A stretch of DNA of 64,000 bases from Lama guanicoe (taxonomy: Eukaryota), in contig MU053594.1 of the NCBI GenBank assembly GCA_013239625.1, positions 708,355-772,354 of the forward strand. Reading direction: 5' to 3'. The notes below the pieces were generated by a model. The model searched no databases. It saw only the letters and a list, made by a program, of their open reading frames with translations, and was not told where the DNA came from. Shown piece after piece: positions 12,401 through 24,400 of the stretch. Both the position numbers and the translations under genes were made by a program. The first letter of the stretch is position 1. Every line of letters starts with the position of its first letter.

Positions 12401-15400
12401 AGGGGAATCCCACGCTCACCCTCATGTCTAGGAACCAGGTCACATCACACGGGGCATCAGTGGGGTCACGCCGGCAACAGGAGGGAGGCACACAGAGGGG
12501 AGGACCCCAAAGCACCCTGGCCTGGAATAGGGAGGCCTGGGGCTTAATCCCAGCCATGCCACCAACCAGCTGGGAGCACCGGGGCAGGTCCTGTCCCTTC
12601 TCAGAAGCTCCCCTTCTGCATCTGTGAAATACTGGGGTGTGGCTATGCTAAGGTCCCCTGAAACTTCTGCGGCTCACTGGGGACAGGGTATAGTCACAGC
12701 CTGCTCTTCTAGAGAATCTCCTCCGTCATTACCCCTTGCAATGTTATCCCTCATCAGCTCAAATCACCATACTTGCCTTCCTGACCGGGAAGGCTTCCAC
12801 GCAGGGGACAAGGCTGCGTGTGGTGCAAATGACAGGGACTGGGTCAGAAGGGGACTGATGGCGACAGACCGACTGTGCTTTCACCTAACGGCCCACATAT
12901 GGTGTTTCTCCCCTGAGATCAGCTCTGTCCATATGCCATCTCCACCTGTCCCGACTGCAGTTGTTTTAATACCCAAGACTTGTGTAAATTCCAGCTGTGA
13001 ATAAATCATTAATAAACCCGAGAGGCAACAGGCGTTCTGCAGAGTAAACTGTTTAGACAGTCCCGCTCGGGCTCCCGAGAGGGTCTGTCACCGGTGATAA
13101 AACGCGGGTTTGCTCACCAGAAAGCCCGTCAGTGCCGGGAGAGCTCCTGGGAGGCTGGCCTGGAACCAGACTTGGAATCTGTCGAGACAACATCCGGCAT
13201 GATTCATTTCTACATGTGCTAACTATAACATAAGTACAGTGTCTCAGGTAATGGAGCAGACATATCCTGGGCCCATGTGGTTTGCCCACGCGTGGCTGAT
13301 TCATTTGGAACCAAAAAAGAAAGTCACTGGGTAGGAAATGTGACTTTCACTTTTCCAAGCCTGGAAACTTGCCTTTGATGTTAAACATCGGGTCTCAGAG
13401 GGCAGCTGTCTTAGGCAGAAGCTGCTGGAATCTCCAGGTCTCTGCCGATCTGACTTAGCCCCACCCCTGCCCTCCTCTTGCTCTGAGTCTACACGCTGTG
13501 CGCTGTGCAAACAGGAGACATGGTGGAAGCATGTTTACATGTCACAGCCGTGAGGAGGGCCCTGAGGCACACACACTCCACCTGCCAGAGGGGCCAGTAC
13601 ACATTCCCAGCCCGTGCCAACGATCCGTCTACAGGCACAAGCAGCTCTCTCTCATTGTATGACTCTTTCTAAGAAAGATGCCCTAAAGCTGGTGAAGAAA
13701 TTTAAAAAAAACAAACAAGATGCACTAAAAAAAAGAAAGAAACTTGAGAGTTATAAAAATCGAAGACCTGTACCGTCATTCCCAGCAGCAGCTTAGCAAA
13801 GGAAAAAAAAACCCAAAAAAACAGAGGGGATGGTTCCCCATGATGCCACTGGCAGCCTAACAAGATGTTCATCCTTACTGTCTCCTCTCCCCACGTCTCT
13901 CTCTCTCATTTATTCAACGTTCATCTGCCAGGCAGCTCCTGTCAGACACTGATTAGGGGAAGGAGCTTCTCCAGCACACAGCGGGCTTGCCCACTGGGAC
14001 AGGTTCCGTTCTAAGGTACATTACTGCTTCCAATCTCGTGGAGGGCTGGTCCCCCTGCACCCGGAGGGACTGGATGGGAGCGGCTGACCACCGCCCCGGA
14101 AGACATCCGTTCTCCTACTCAGTGAAGTTTGTGATGCTCGGGTGGCCAAGCCCCCCGTGTGCTGCACGGTATAGAAGATCAGACGGTTCGACAAAGGTCG
14201 AAGAAAACACATCAATATCTGGAAAGAAAAATTACCTCTCATCCTGAGCCAAGCCTGTGAGCAGTCCCATGGCTGAGCTGGCCTTCTTATCTGAGAAATC
14301 AAGAAATGACACCAGGGCTTCCAACAACCTGCAAAAATCCATAACACCCTCAGAGAGGGCTGACCTCCAGCTGATAGCATCCCCAACACGGAGGCTTTGC
14401 ATGGAGGCAGGGGAGGAGTTGGCACCTTGATGAAATAAGATGAGAGGGTGGCCTTGCCACACCCACCCCCCAGGAAGCCCAGCTCCCTGCCCACCCCAGT
14501 GAGGCAGACACTCTCCCTTGGGACCGGCTCTACCACTTAATGGGAGGTCCAGGGGGGTGAACAGTTTTAACCAAAGTTCATTGATGCTGACGTGGGAGGA
14601 ACCTCTGGTGCCTCTGCCGCGAGACTCTGGCTCGGCCAAGTTGAATCACATAAATGACATCTAAATGGCATGCTTACTAATCTGCTGATGACTGAGTGGG
14701 AGGGCCCCCTAATGAAGTGGGGGATGGAATAAAGATTTAACACAATTTTGACAGACTGCTGAATATAGCAGAAGAAATTTAAGAGAGTGAAACTCAAAGC
14801 CCTTCACTCAGAGCGCTGGAAATTCTGTATGAGTAACAACTGGGAGACCTGGTTAATAACTGATTCATGTGAAAAAGACTTAGGGGTTTTTAGCCAATTG
14901 CAAACCCATTATGAGCAAACAGTCTGGTGCAGCTGCCAAAAAAGTCCTCGCTAACTGAGAGTTTGAGATTTGCAGATACTACTGTATATAAAATGGATAA
15001 ACAACAAGTTTCTACTGTATAGCATAGGGAACTATATTCAATATCTTGTAGTAACCTATAATGAAAAGGAATACAAAAAGGAATATATGTATGTATCTGT
15101 GTGAGTGAAACATTATGCTGTACACCAGAAACTGACACAATACTGTAAACTGACTATACTTCAATAAAAAAAAAAACCTAATGTAACCTGAGGCTGCCTT
15201 AACAGACTGACCAGCACCAGGACAACGGGAGTAGAAGACATCTGTCCATCTAGCAAACCCAGACCAAGCACCTCTGGCCTGCTGAGTGCTGTGCTCAGTA
15301 CTGGGACACAGTACTGAGCTCCTGGTCTCCTACAGCGACATGCGTTCAGTGCTATGTTAGAAACAGACACAGGTCCAGTGGCCATTGAGCCACCTGGCCA

Positions 15401-18400
15401 GAGGTGTGGGAGGATGGAGGTGGCAATGCCATTTCCACATCACTTGAAACTTGAAATCAGCTGAATGTGGAGCACCGGCCAATCAACACCTACTGAGCAC
15501 TGTGTGCCAGGCGATGTGGTGGGTCCTGGGGCCACAGTGATGAAAATGAGACAAGGTCCCAGCTCCAAGGAGCTCGTGGGCCAGTGTCAGGCACGTGGGT
15601 GCAGGGGCGGAGCATCTGAGGCAGAGCACACATCAGTCACAAGGACAATGAGGCATAAAATCGCAGAGGCACACTTGGGGACTGCCGGCGGCCCTCACAG
15701 CTGGTCCTTAGGGTGTGGGCATGCAGTGAGGCTAGAGGGCTGAGCAGCGCCAGCCTGGGTCGTGGTGGGCCTTCTGCAGCCTTCTGGCTGGCTTGCCCTT
15801 TCCCCGGCAGGCCTGTGTCCCCAGTGTGGACGGTGGATGACTTGCTCGGTGGTGGTGATTTTAGGGGGGCTGCAGACTCTCGAGCCCCTCCGTCTCTGCA
15901 TTTTAATAAAGCCCCCAGGTGATTCCTAGGGACGGTATTTCCCAGTCGTCCAAGAAGGAGACTTACAGGCAGTAGAGGGTCAGGTCAGCATTTTAGGTAG
16001 AAAAATAACAGGACAGATGTGCACTTTGGACAAATCCCATTGGTGGCACAGAGGAGGCTGGATTAGAGCAGGAAGTGCAGGAGGCAGGGAATCCAACGCA
16101 GTGGGCGGAGAACTGCTGCTGTCCAGACAATAAAGGTCAAGGTACTGAGCCGAGATGGGGCAGAGTAAGATGTACAGCTGGGAACACAGAGGCCCCGCGA
16201 TGACCTAGAAAGGGTGGTGGGAGATGCTGGAGCCAGAGGGAAAGGAATCCAGGGGATGCTGAGGAGGTAGGACTGACAAAGACCACCTTCTTATGGATGT
16301 CGGGGTAGGAAATGCATCTATGAAGACAGGAAATTCAGGCAGACGGTCTGGTTTGAGGAACCACTTTTGATTTATGAAGTTTATGATGCCTGTGACTTGG
16401 AGATGGAGGTGCCCAAGGGCAGAAGGATACTTCCTTCTAGCACTTGAGAGAGAGACTTAGAAGTGATCAGTAGGGCCAAGGGTAGGATCCTGGGGTCCCT
16501 GACTTGGAAGGATGGTGGCATCAAGGGGGCTCGCAAAGGAAACAGAGCAGGAAGAGCAGGGGGTGGGAGGAGGGCCAGGAAGATGAGATCTTTAGGACCA
16601 GACGCATCGGACCGTAAAGGGAGATAAAGACCTATTTAGGAGTCTGGCCTCCAGTTACCCACATTCATGGTACTGGGTTTATTCAGCAGCCTTATTCAGG
16701 AGGGACCTGGAAGTCAAACCACCCGAGGAATGGTTGAGGAAACCTGGATGCTTAACATGGAAAAGATTGGTGTCTTCAGATGCATCAAGCCATGGAAAGC
16801 AGGAGAGTTGATGCAAGCAGTCGGCATTTGACAGAATGAACCACGGCCCCCACAGAGGGAGGTAGAACTGTCCCGAGTGCTGCGGGCAGGCAGTTTGTGC
16901 TCGGTGTAAGGAGATCAGTGTACATCAGTCAGAACTGTCCCAGGGCAGGACACACTCCTCTCATCAGCTGGGGGAGACCCCGGCCAATGAGCTGCTACGG
17001 CGCCCGTCCCAGTCCAATGGAGACAAACAGAATGCGAACGCTGGAATCTTCCCCGGAGGGCGTCGTGCACGGGCCCTGCTGGGCTACCGCCGAGGGGACG
17101 TCGGTGCTGGGTGGGGCTGGACCGTGTTGTTGCTAAGGTCCCAGGTAACGCCACACTTCTGGAAAACCCCAACTTCCTCCAGAGAGCATTCCAGTGTCCC
17201 CACCGTCAGAAACCATTTGTTTCAGTTAGTTCAGAGTCTTCCTCCCAGTGTAAATCTGTTCTCTCCCGTCCTGAGGTGAACGCTAATGAGCACAGAACAG
17301 CACGGAAGAGGGGCAGGAGGCCTAAGATTCTCTGGGTTTTGTCCTCGGAGACATAAACAATTGGGCTTCTCCTCCAGGTGACAAAACACACCCCCTACCT
17401 GGACCGCGGAGGACAGGGCAGCCCTTTCTACTCCCTCGCCTCTCCCTTTTTGGAGGCAGCTGGCCTGCTCTGCTGACAAGTAGCTGATGGACCGAGTAGA
17501 TGGATCACAGGTCAGAAAATCGTCTCATGTAACTAATAAATGCACTTTCAACTCAATTTAGGACCCTGAGCAATAGACCCAGAAGACAGAAAGTGATTCT
17601 AAAAGTCATTACTGAGTCCACACCATGTGTCAGGCGTGACATGAGTTGCTTTCTTTGCTGTGGCAGGTGCTGTCTGCTGGGGAACCCACAGACATACTGC
17701 TGGCCCCCTTCTGCACTGCCCTGTTCTACCACACAAGTTGGAACTAACTTCCCCACCAGGGTGGCATGTTTCACAATTCTGACCAGAGGGAAACGAAAGC
17801 AGTAGCTTCTCTTAATAAAAGGGACAGACCTGGCTCGTGCTAACCTGTCTTAAAGAGGGATGTGATGTTTGGAGTTGCAGCAGCCTTGTGTGACCATGAG
17901 GGAAGGGTCAGAAGAAGGACAGAGACTTTGATCTTGACATCTCTGAGCCACTGAACCAGCTACCTCCATCGTTAGTCTTTCTGTTATGTGAGGAAAACAA
18001 GACGAGCTTCTCTGGGTCAAGTATTCTGTCAAATGCAGCAGAAAAACTTTTAATCAGCTACATGCATCCCCTCTCCGACTCCTCACCATAGATCTGTGAT
18101 GCCCAGGAGATTTCAGGCCCACCAAGGCCTTCCTGGGTCACAGAGGTGGAAAGAGACAAGCAGAGGATTTGCGCTCCCGACTGCTTGAATCTAAAACCCC
18201 CGCACTTTCCACAGAGGGATACTGGCCCTCGCTCAGCTCCTATCCACGCACATCTGTCCCTTCAACTTGTCACAGGGGGAAAGCATCTGGGGAGGACTGT
18301 GGTACCCGTGTCTCTCTGTGAGGTCACGGGACCTGTGTGCAGCCCTGCCCTGTTTCAAATGATCTCATTTCGTTTCAGAGAACATGTTCTACCTCTTCCC

Positions 18401-21400
18401 AGTTTAACCGGAGATGGACGTTAACAAGGAGACGGGCACCAGGGTAAAAGGCAGAGGCTTCTTTGTCTGAAGAGAGGAGGCAGGATCGCAGGAGATGATC
18501 AAACATGCCAAGGCACTGGGAAACATTCAAATGGAAACTCAAGCAATTCCGAGATAGCTTGGGAGAAAAAGCTTATGAGGACTCGAGCTACAGTTACTCA
18601 GAGACCAAAACCAAATGAAAAAACATGCTGAAGGTACTGAGGAAATGACGGCAGGGTCACTTGAAATGTGAAATGTGCTTTTGAGGGTTTAACTCCACTA
18701 ACGAGCCATCTGCCTGTGTGTGTGGGCTGAGCTTCGGGGGCTGCCAAGGCCATTCTCTGAGCCATGGGGCTGCGCTGGGCCGAGAAGGGGAGAACCACGG
18801 CCAAGGTTTATCCACCCCCGCCCCACCACCGTCCTCAGCACAAATGCACCTGCTCACTGACACGGGCCGCCCCAGAGGTCTCGGCGCGGTCCAAGGAGAT
18901 CTGACACAGCTTCAGATTTGGCTGTTTTTCTCTTGGGAAACAGAGTAGGAGCGGGGCCCCAAGGCCTCGGAGTCAGCTGGCTGAGACGCCCTGAGTCACT
19001 CGCTGCAGTTTCTCCTGCCCCATCTGTGAAATGGGGTAATGACACCGACCTTGCCTCCCTCACAATGAGATAACAGTGAACAGAATCGGAAGCCAACTTC
19101 TGTTTTCAGATTATGGACGAAGCACTTATTATAAAGCAAGTTTATAATCATTGCTATTATTTCTTTTAGGTTGAACCACAAGAAATTGCCAACATGCAAC
19201 CTTTCCTGATATTTAAAAGTGGCAATTTCACATATTCAAAATAATGATCTTTAGATGGAAAAGCACAGGGAAGAATCACTGTGGGTCATTAATTTAAAAA
19301 AAAAAGTCTACTTAGGAGAGGCACATTCTATTCCTATCATCCTAAGACTTGGAAAGACTTACAGGCAACATTATTTGAGATCTGTTGTATTTATTTGTAC
19401 CCTACCTCGCTCCAGACAGGGTTTAAGGCTCTGCAAAATCAGATAGCATTACCTGAAGCAAGAACAAATGAAGAAAAGTAAGGACAGGAAGAGAGTAGAG
19501 CCAGGACTGAGGCTAAAAGGGCAGAAACTAATGACCTTTTTATGTTTGGGTTCCAAATCTGGTTTTGGAAGAGCAGCTACTGATGCAACCCTGGGAGCTG
19601 TGAGATGAGATGGAAACCAGTGAAACTGTCCATGGTGCTAAGTTCAGACAGGACTTTGTCCTGGAGGTCCTCCTGAGGGAGTGTTCCTCTCAAAGACTCT
19701 GTCTGTTTTTGATCGTGAATCCAGTGGGACGGCACCTCTCACGTCAGAGATGTGAGAAGGGAGACGGGCAGGTGTTAATGGGGCAGGTGAAATCGGAGAT
19801 GCCGCAGGGAAGCTCCCGCCAGCAGAGCCTTACCGGGTCAGGTCAAGGTGGCCGATGATCAGGCTCCGTCCGTTCTCCGTCTGGGCCAGCTGCAGCAGCA
19901 GGGCCAGGCTCTGCTGCCGGATGGTCGGGACCCTGGAGGCCAAGAGGGAGGGCAGCAGCTGGCCCGAGCTGGGGTGCATCACAAGCAGACGCTGGTTTTC
20001 CTCTGCAAAACACAGGGCACACTGTGCAGACTGTGACAGCAGATATACCTGTTTCGTCTCCCACCATCTCAACGGGAAACCTGACTCTTCTCCACTTGTT
20101 TGAGAGGCAGGATGATGAAGGGTAAGCGCACGGACTCCAGAACCAGACTGCTGGGTCTGCATGACCGCGAAACGACCAGGAAAAGCCAACTTATCTACCC
20201 CTGTGCTCCTCAGCTTTCTCATCAGTGGAATGAGGAAGAGGGCCAACATAATAGAGATGTCACGCGGATTAAATGAGTTACTATGTGATAGTGGGGAGAT
20301 CAGGGGTTGGCACACATACGTCAGCCATCATCATGGTTCCTGTCCATGGCTCCTTGGTGTACGGTATCCAGAAATGTGCGGACAGGGGAATAAATAAGAT
20401 TAATAGTGGATGATCTTTAGACCATCAATTTTCATACAATGGCCAGAGCAACTAACTATCTGAATTCTCTTCAGAAGACTAGAATGATCCCATGAGAACA
20501 TTAATTAATAAAGCACATTCCCTTTCCTGAACTATCAGCTATTTCCAGGGTGTTGGCATTGGATATACCCTCAGCCCCTTTCGCCTGGTTCATTTTCCAA
20601 CGAGGCATGTGAATTTGTGAATTTGTTTGACAGCAGGCAGAGGTAGAGGCTGGGGGATGAGGATAAGCTATGAAACAAAGCAGGATTTATGCACACACAC
20701 ACACACACACACACACAGGAAAATTAGCTCGTTGCAAACAATTCAAATAACACAAAACGTGTATACACCTGAAAATGAAAATCCCCTTCTCTGGTACCCA
20801 CTCCAGGTAAGCCCATTTCCTAAGGGAGCTAGTATTCACCCTTCCTATAAATAATGTTAAAAACATGACACACCCTACCCTGTAATGCGCTTTTCTCTTC
20901 TAGCTGGTACTATATCACAGACGTATTTTCATGTCTTTACTTTTAAGCATCCCCTTGTCCTTTAAAAAAAATTTTTGTTTGTTTTTGGTTTTTGAGGGGA
21001 GAGATAATTAGGTTTGTTGGTTTTTGTTTTTAATGGAAGCACTGGGGATTGAGCCCAGGACCACCTGCATACTAAGTACGCGCTCTGCCCTCCCTAAAAC
21101 CAGTTTTATATTTATTGAGTTAGATATACCAAGATTTCCCTGATCTGAGGCAAAGCATTTACATCACAGGCCGTGTCCGACAGTATTTCTCCAGATACTA
21201 CAGAAAGATGCGACTCCGAAGGTTTAAAATTTCTAGAATTTAAGATGATTCCTCCACTCTACTAAATCAAGAAAAAGAATGATATTATCTCATGTTCCGC
21301 ATTTAATAGTTTACAGGCGCTCTCGCTGGCTCCCCATGGGAACCTCTGCATTGGAGACAGCTGTCACTATTTCCATTTTCAGTTTTGTGTCCCAGTATGG

Positions 21401-24400
21401 ATATTCTCCTAATGAAAACACATTTTTTGTGGTTTCTGTGCCGTTCAGTATATACATATTTTTAATAGAGGTACTGGGAATTGAACTCAGAACCTTATGT
21501 ATGCAAGCATGTGCTGTACCACTGAGCTATACCCTCCCCCAACACATTTTTTTTAAATGTGGGAAATACTTAAAATGTTTATTTACACTGAAGTCACAAA
21601 AGCAATAAGACTGTACAAAATCTTAGTGAGCCCCAGAAGATGCTAATATGTAAAAAGGCAAGAGTTCAGGTAAATAAAATCCCCATAGCTTTTTACTGTC
21701 CCAATATGACACACTGACCAGTGTCACAAGAGGCTGGCAGGGACCATAGTAAATCTCACGCTGCTGAAATGGGTGCTGTGGCCAGAAAAAAGGAACACTA
21801 TTTTTCAGCAGACAGAAAAGGAAGAACTCTGTCTGCTCCACTGGCGACGCACAAACTGAAGTCATTAGTCTGCAAAGAGCCAGGCAAGTGCCCAGGTGAC
21901 GAGACCACGCATTATGCTGGCAGTGACCTTGCCCCCAGTGAAGGCAGCCGCAAGCATGCTGGACACACAGCTGCAGTGCCGTCCTTGCTTCTGATCCATT
22001 GTTTCCGGGGGAGGGTCTAGACATCCACTCTCCAGGGGCTGGCCTTCCGGGGAACAGTCGTGCTGGGCACCCCTCTCCCCTCGACCCCGCCCAGGAGCTC
22101 TCAGGTGAACAGTGCATTCATGGTGATCAGTGGTGGTTCCCAGGCTTACCGTTCTCACTGCACACGGCCTGCCAGAGCCTGAGAACAGACACACATACTG
22201 TCTCTTCCACGGCATCTTTCCCAGCTGTGGAAAAGCACCTACAAGGGGCAAGGGAGAGTCATGTTAAAACAGGAGATTAGTCGTGATCTTCTTTTCAGTT
22301 GCTTTTATTTCACCAGCAGACCCCACGAACGTGGGCTTAAGAAAGTCACTTCATCACCCAGAGCTGCAGGTCACAGGACCAAGGGACTCTAAGCACTGGA
22401 CTGAGAGGTCCAGGATGAGGATGCAGGCATGGAGGGAGGGTGGTGAGCCAGGGGCAGGGCGATGGCCACATCAGGACCCATGAACTTGGCAGGCCAGCAC
22501 ACAGCTTAGAGTTCACGGGCCTCCTCATGCGTGTAAATGTGTGCCGGTGGCTCCAACCCACATCAGTGTCCTAAGCCTCAGGGATTGCACCAGAACAATT
22601 GAAATACAAAATAAAATTAAAATAAATTTAGCAAACTACCTTCTGCTACATGGGTCTTTCTTCAGATGGAATTATAAATGGGATCAGTCAGGACCCAGAG
22701 GATCTCATTTCCTGACACTGAGGTGGGAAGCCCCATAAAAAAGACCGGCAGGACCCCCAGGCAGGGCCACTACTCTCCTGCCAGCACCATCTGGTTCCCT
22801 GGCCCAGTGGCTTTATCTCACTTTTGCCTCTGAAAGGGCCAACTTCTAGGAAAGTAGAGCTCACTCCTGATTGGTCCATTTGTGGTACTTCATTTGCATG
22901 GAGCTCACTATAACTTCTAGGAAAGTAGAGCTCACTCCTGATTGGTCCATTTCCCTCACTCCTGATTGGTCCATTTGTGGTACTTCATTTGCATGGAGCT
23001 CACTCCTGATTGGTTATTTCCCTCACTCCTGATTGGTCCATTTCTACAAAGCCTGTTCCTAATTAGTCAACTTTTGTTACACCTTATTTGCATATGATGT
23101 TGCAAAGTGTAAACTGGCAGCCTATAAAGGCCTGTGTAAACCCACAGACCGGGTCCAGAGCTTGGAGTGCTAACTTTTCTGGGCCTGCCAGCTTAATAAA
23201 GCTGAGTTCTCCAACCCTCCAAGTGCTGCTTGGTCTCTCGCCCAGATCCAGGTTGCAGTCACAACTGAGCTGTAACACTGAGCTGTAACATGTTTTTCTG
23301 CAACAACACTATCAACCAATTCCCAAAGAGGAAAAGAGCAAAGAGCAATCTTGCAAAGACTGGTGGGAAACCAGCAAGAATGGTGATTTCTCTGACTCTG
23401 AAGTGCTTGGAGGAACCCTGGGAAGTTTTGCTCACTTTCTTCTCTCTTTCATTGTTTTCTGTGGCTTAAGTCAAACCACCAGAAACTCAGAGCTCAAGGG
23501 GTGCTCACATAGCACCCGGTATTGACTGAAGGTGGTACCATCCAGTGAGGTCACTGCCAGTGTGATTAGTGTCCAATTTCACAAGAAATGGCTCTCTTTC
23601 CTCACTTTGATGCTGGGCTGTCTTTACAAACATCCCTACCTTCTTAGGACCTCATTCTCACTGATGATACGGAATCCATTGTGTGTTCTGAATAAAGTTC
23701 GTTTGGTGGCTGAAACAAATTCAGAGAAAACCATGTCAGACTCCTGAACCATCTGGCTGATGTGTAGCTGAGGCAGAGCCAGATGATGAGGAGAAATCAA
23801 AATGGAATGTCAAGGTCACCGAATTAACAGTTTGGGCAGAAACAAATACTTTCACATTCTGTCATCAGCTGCTTGTTACCACAGTGAGAGGCACAGTTTG
23901 TTGAGAGGAGAGCTGAGCCCAGGTGGCCCGTGAGCTATCTGACGACTGATCATTTTGTAATCTTTAGAGAGCCGCCAGGAGCCGCTCAGCCTCCTGCAAG
24001 GACTGGCATAGCCATCTGCTCTTAAATGTTTATCTCGGAGCTGTTTCCAGGCTCGAGAGAAGAACCTACAATTGCCAAAGAACTACTGAAGGGGTGTTTG
24101 AGCATGCTCCACTGCACGCTAAAGGGAAGTCAGAGACTCCATCCACTTGCACAAACAAACAACATTCTGTCACTGAGTAACAAGGATGGTTTCAGCCCTG
24201 GTATCAGTGCTTACAGGAAATGGTAAGAGAACAGTGTGGCTCTCGCTAGCAGGAGAGCTGATGTTTGTTCTGAAACTATGCACACATCCTAAGCGGCTAT
24301 TAAGTGTAACTGCAGTGAACTTTACGGTTTATCCTACAAAATTCTGTCTTCCATTCCCCTCTGGTTGGGGGAGATTTGTGGGGGGTAGTAGTGGGCATTT

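Noticed and set aside
22841..23045. CRISPR-like or novel repeat-spacer array (recurring CTCACTCCTGATTGGT)
   Set aside because: It lies in the U3 region of an LTR in mammalian DNA, the spacers are themselves duplicated, and there are no cas genes. It is an LTR enhancer repeat.
2666..23305. A single provirus or composite element, with the two LTRs as its ends, that captured TTC12 exons
   Set aside because: Each LTR has its own matching TSD on both sides (GAAG; ACAC). I saw no primer-binding site or gag/pol/env sequence between them, and the exons are in normal order. These are two independent solo LTRs.
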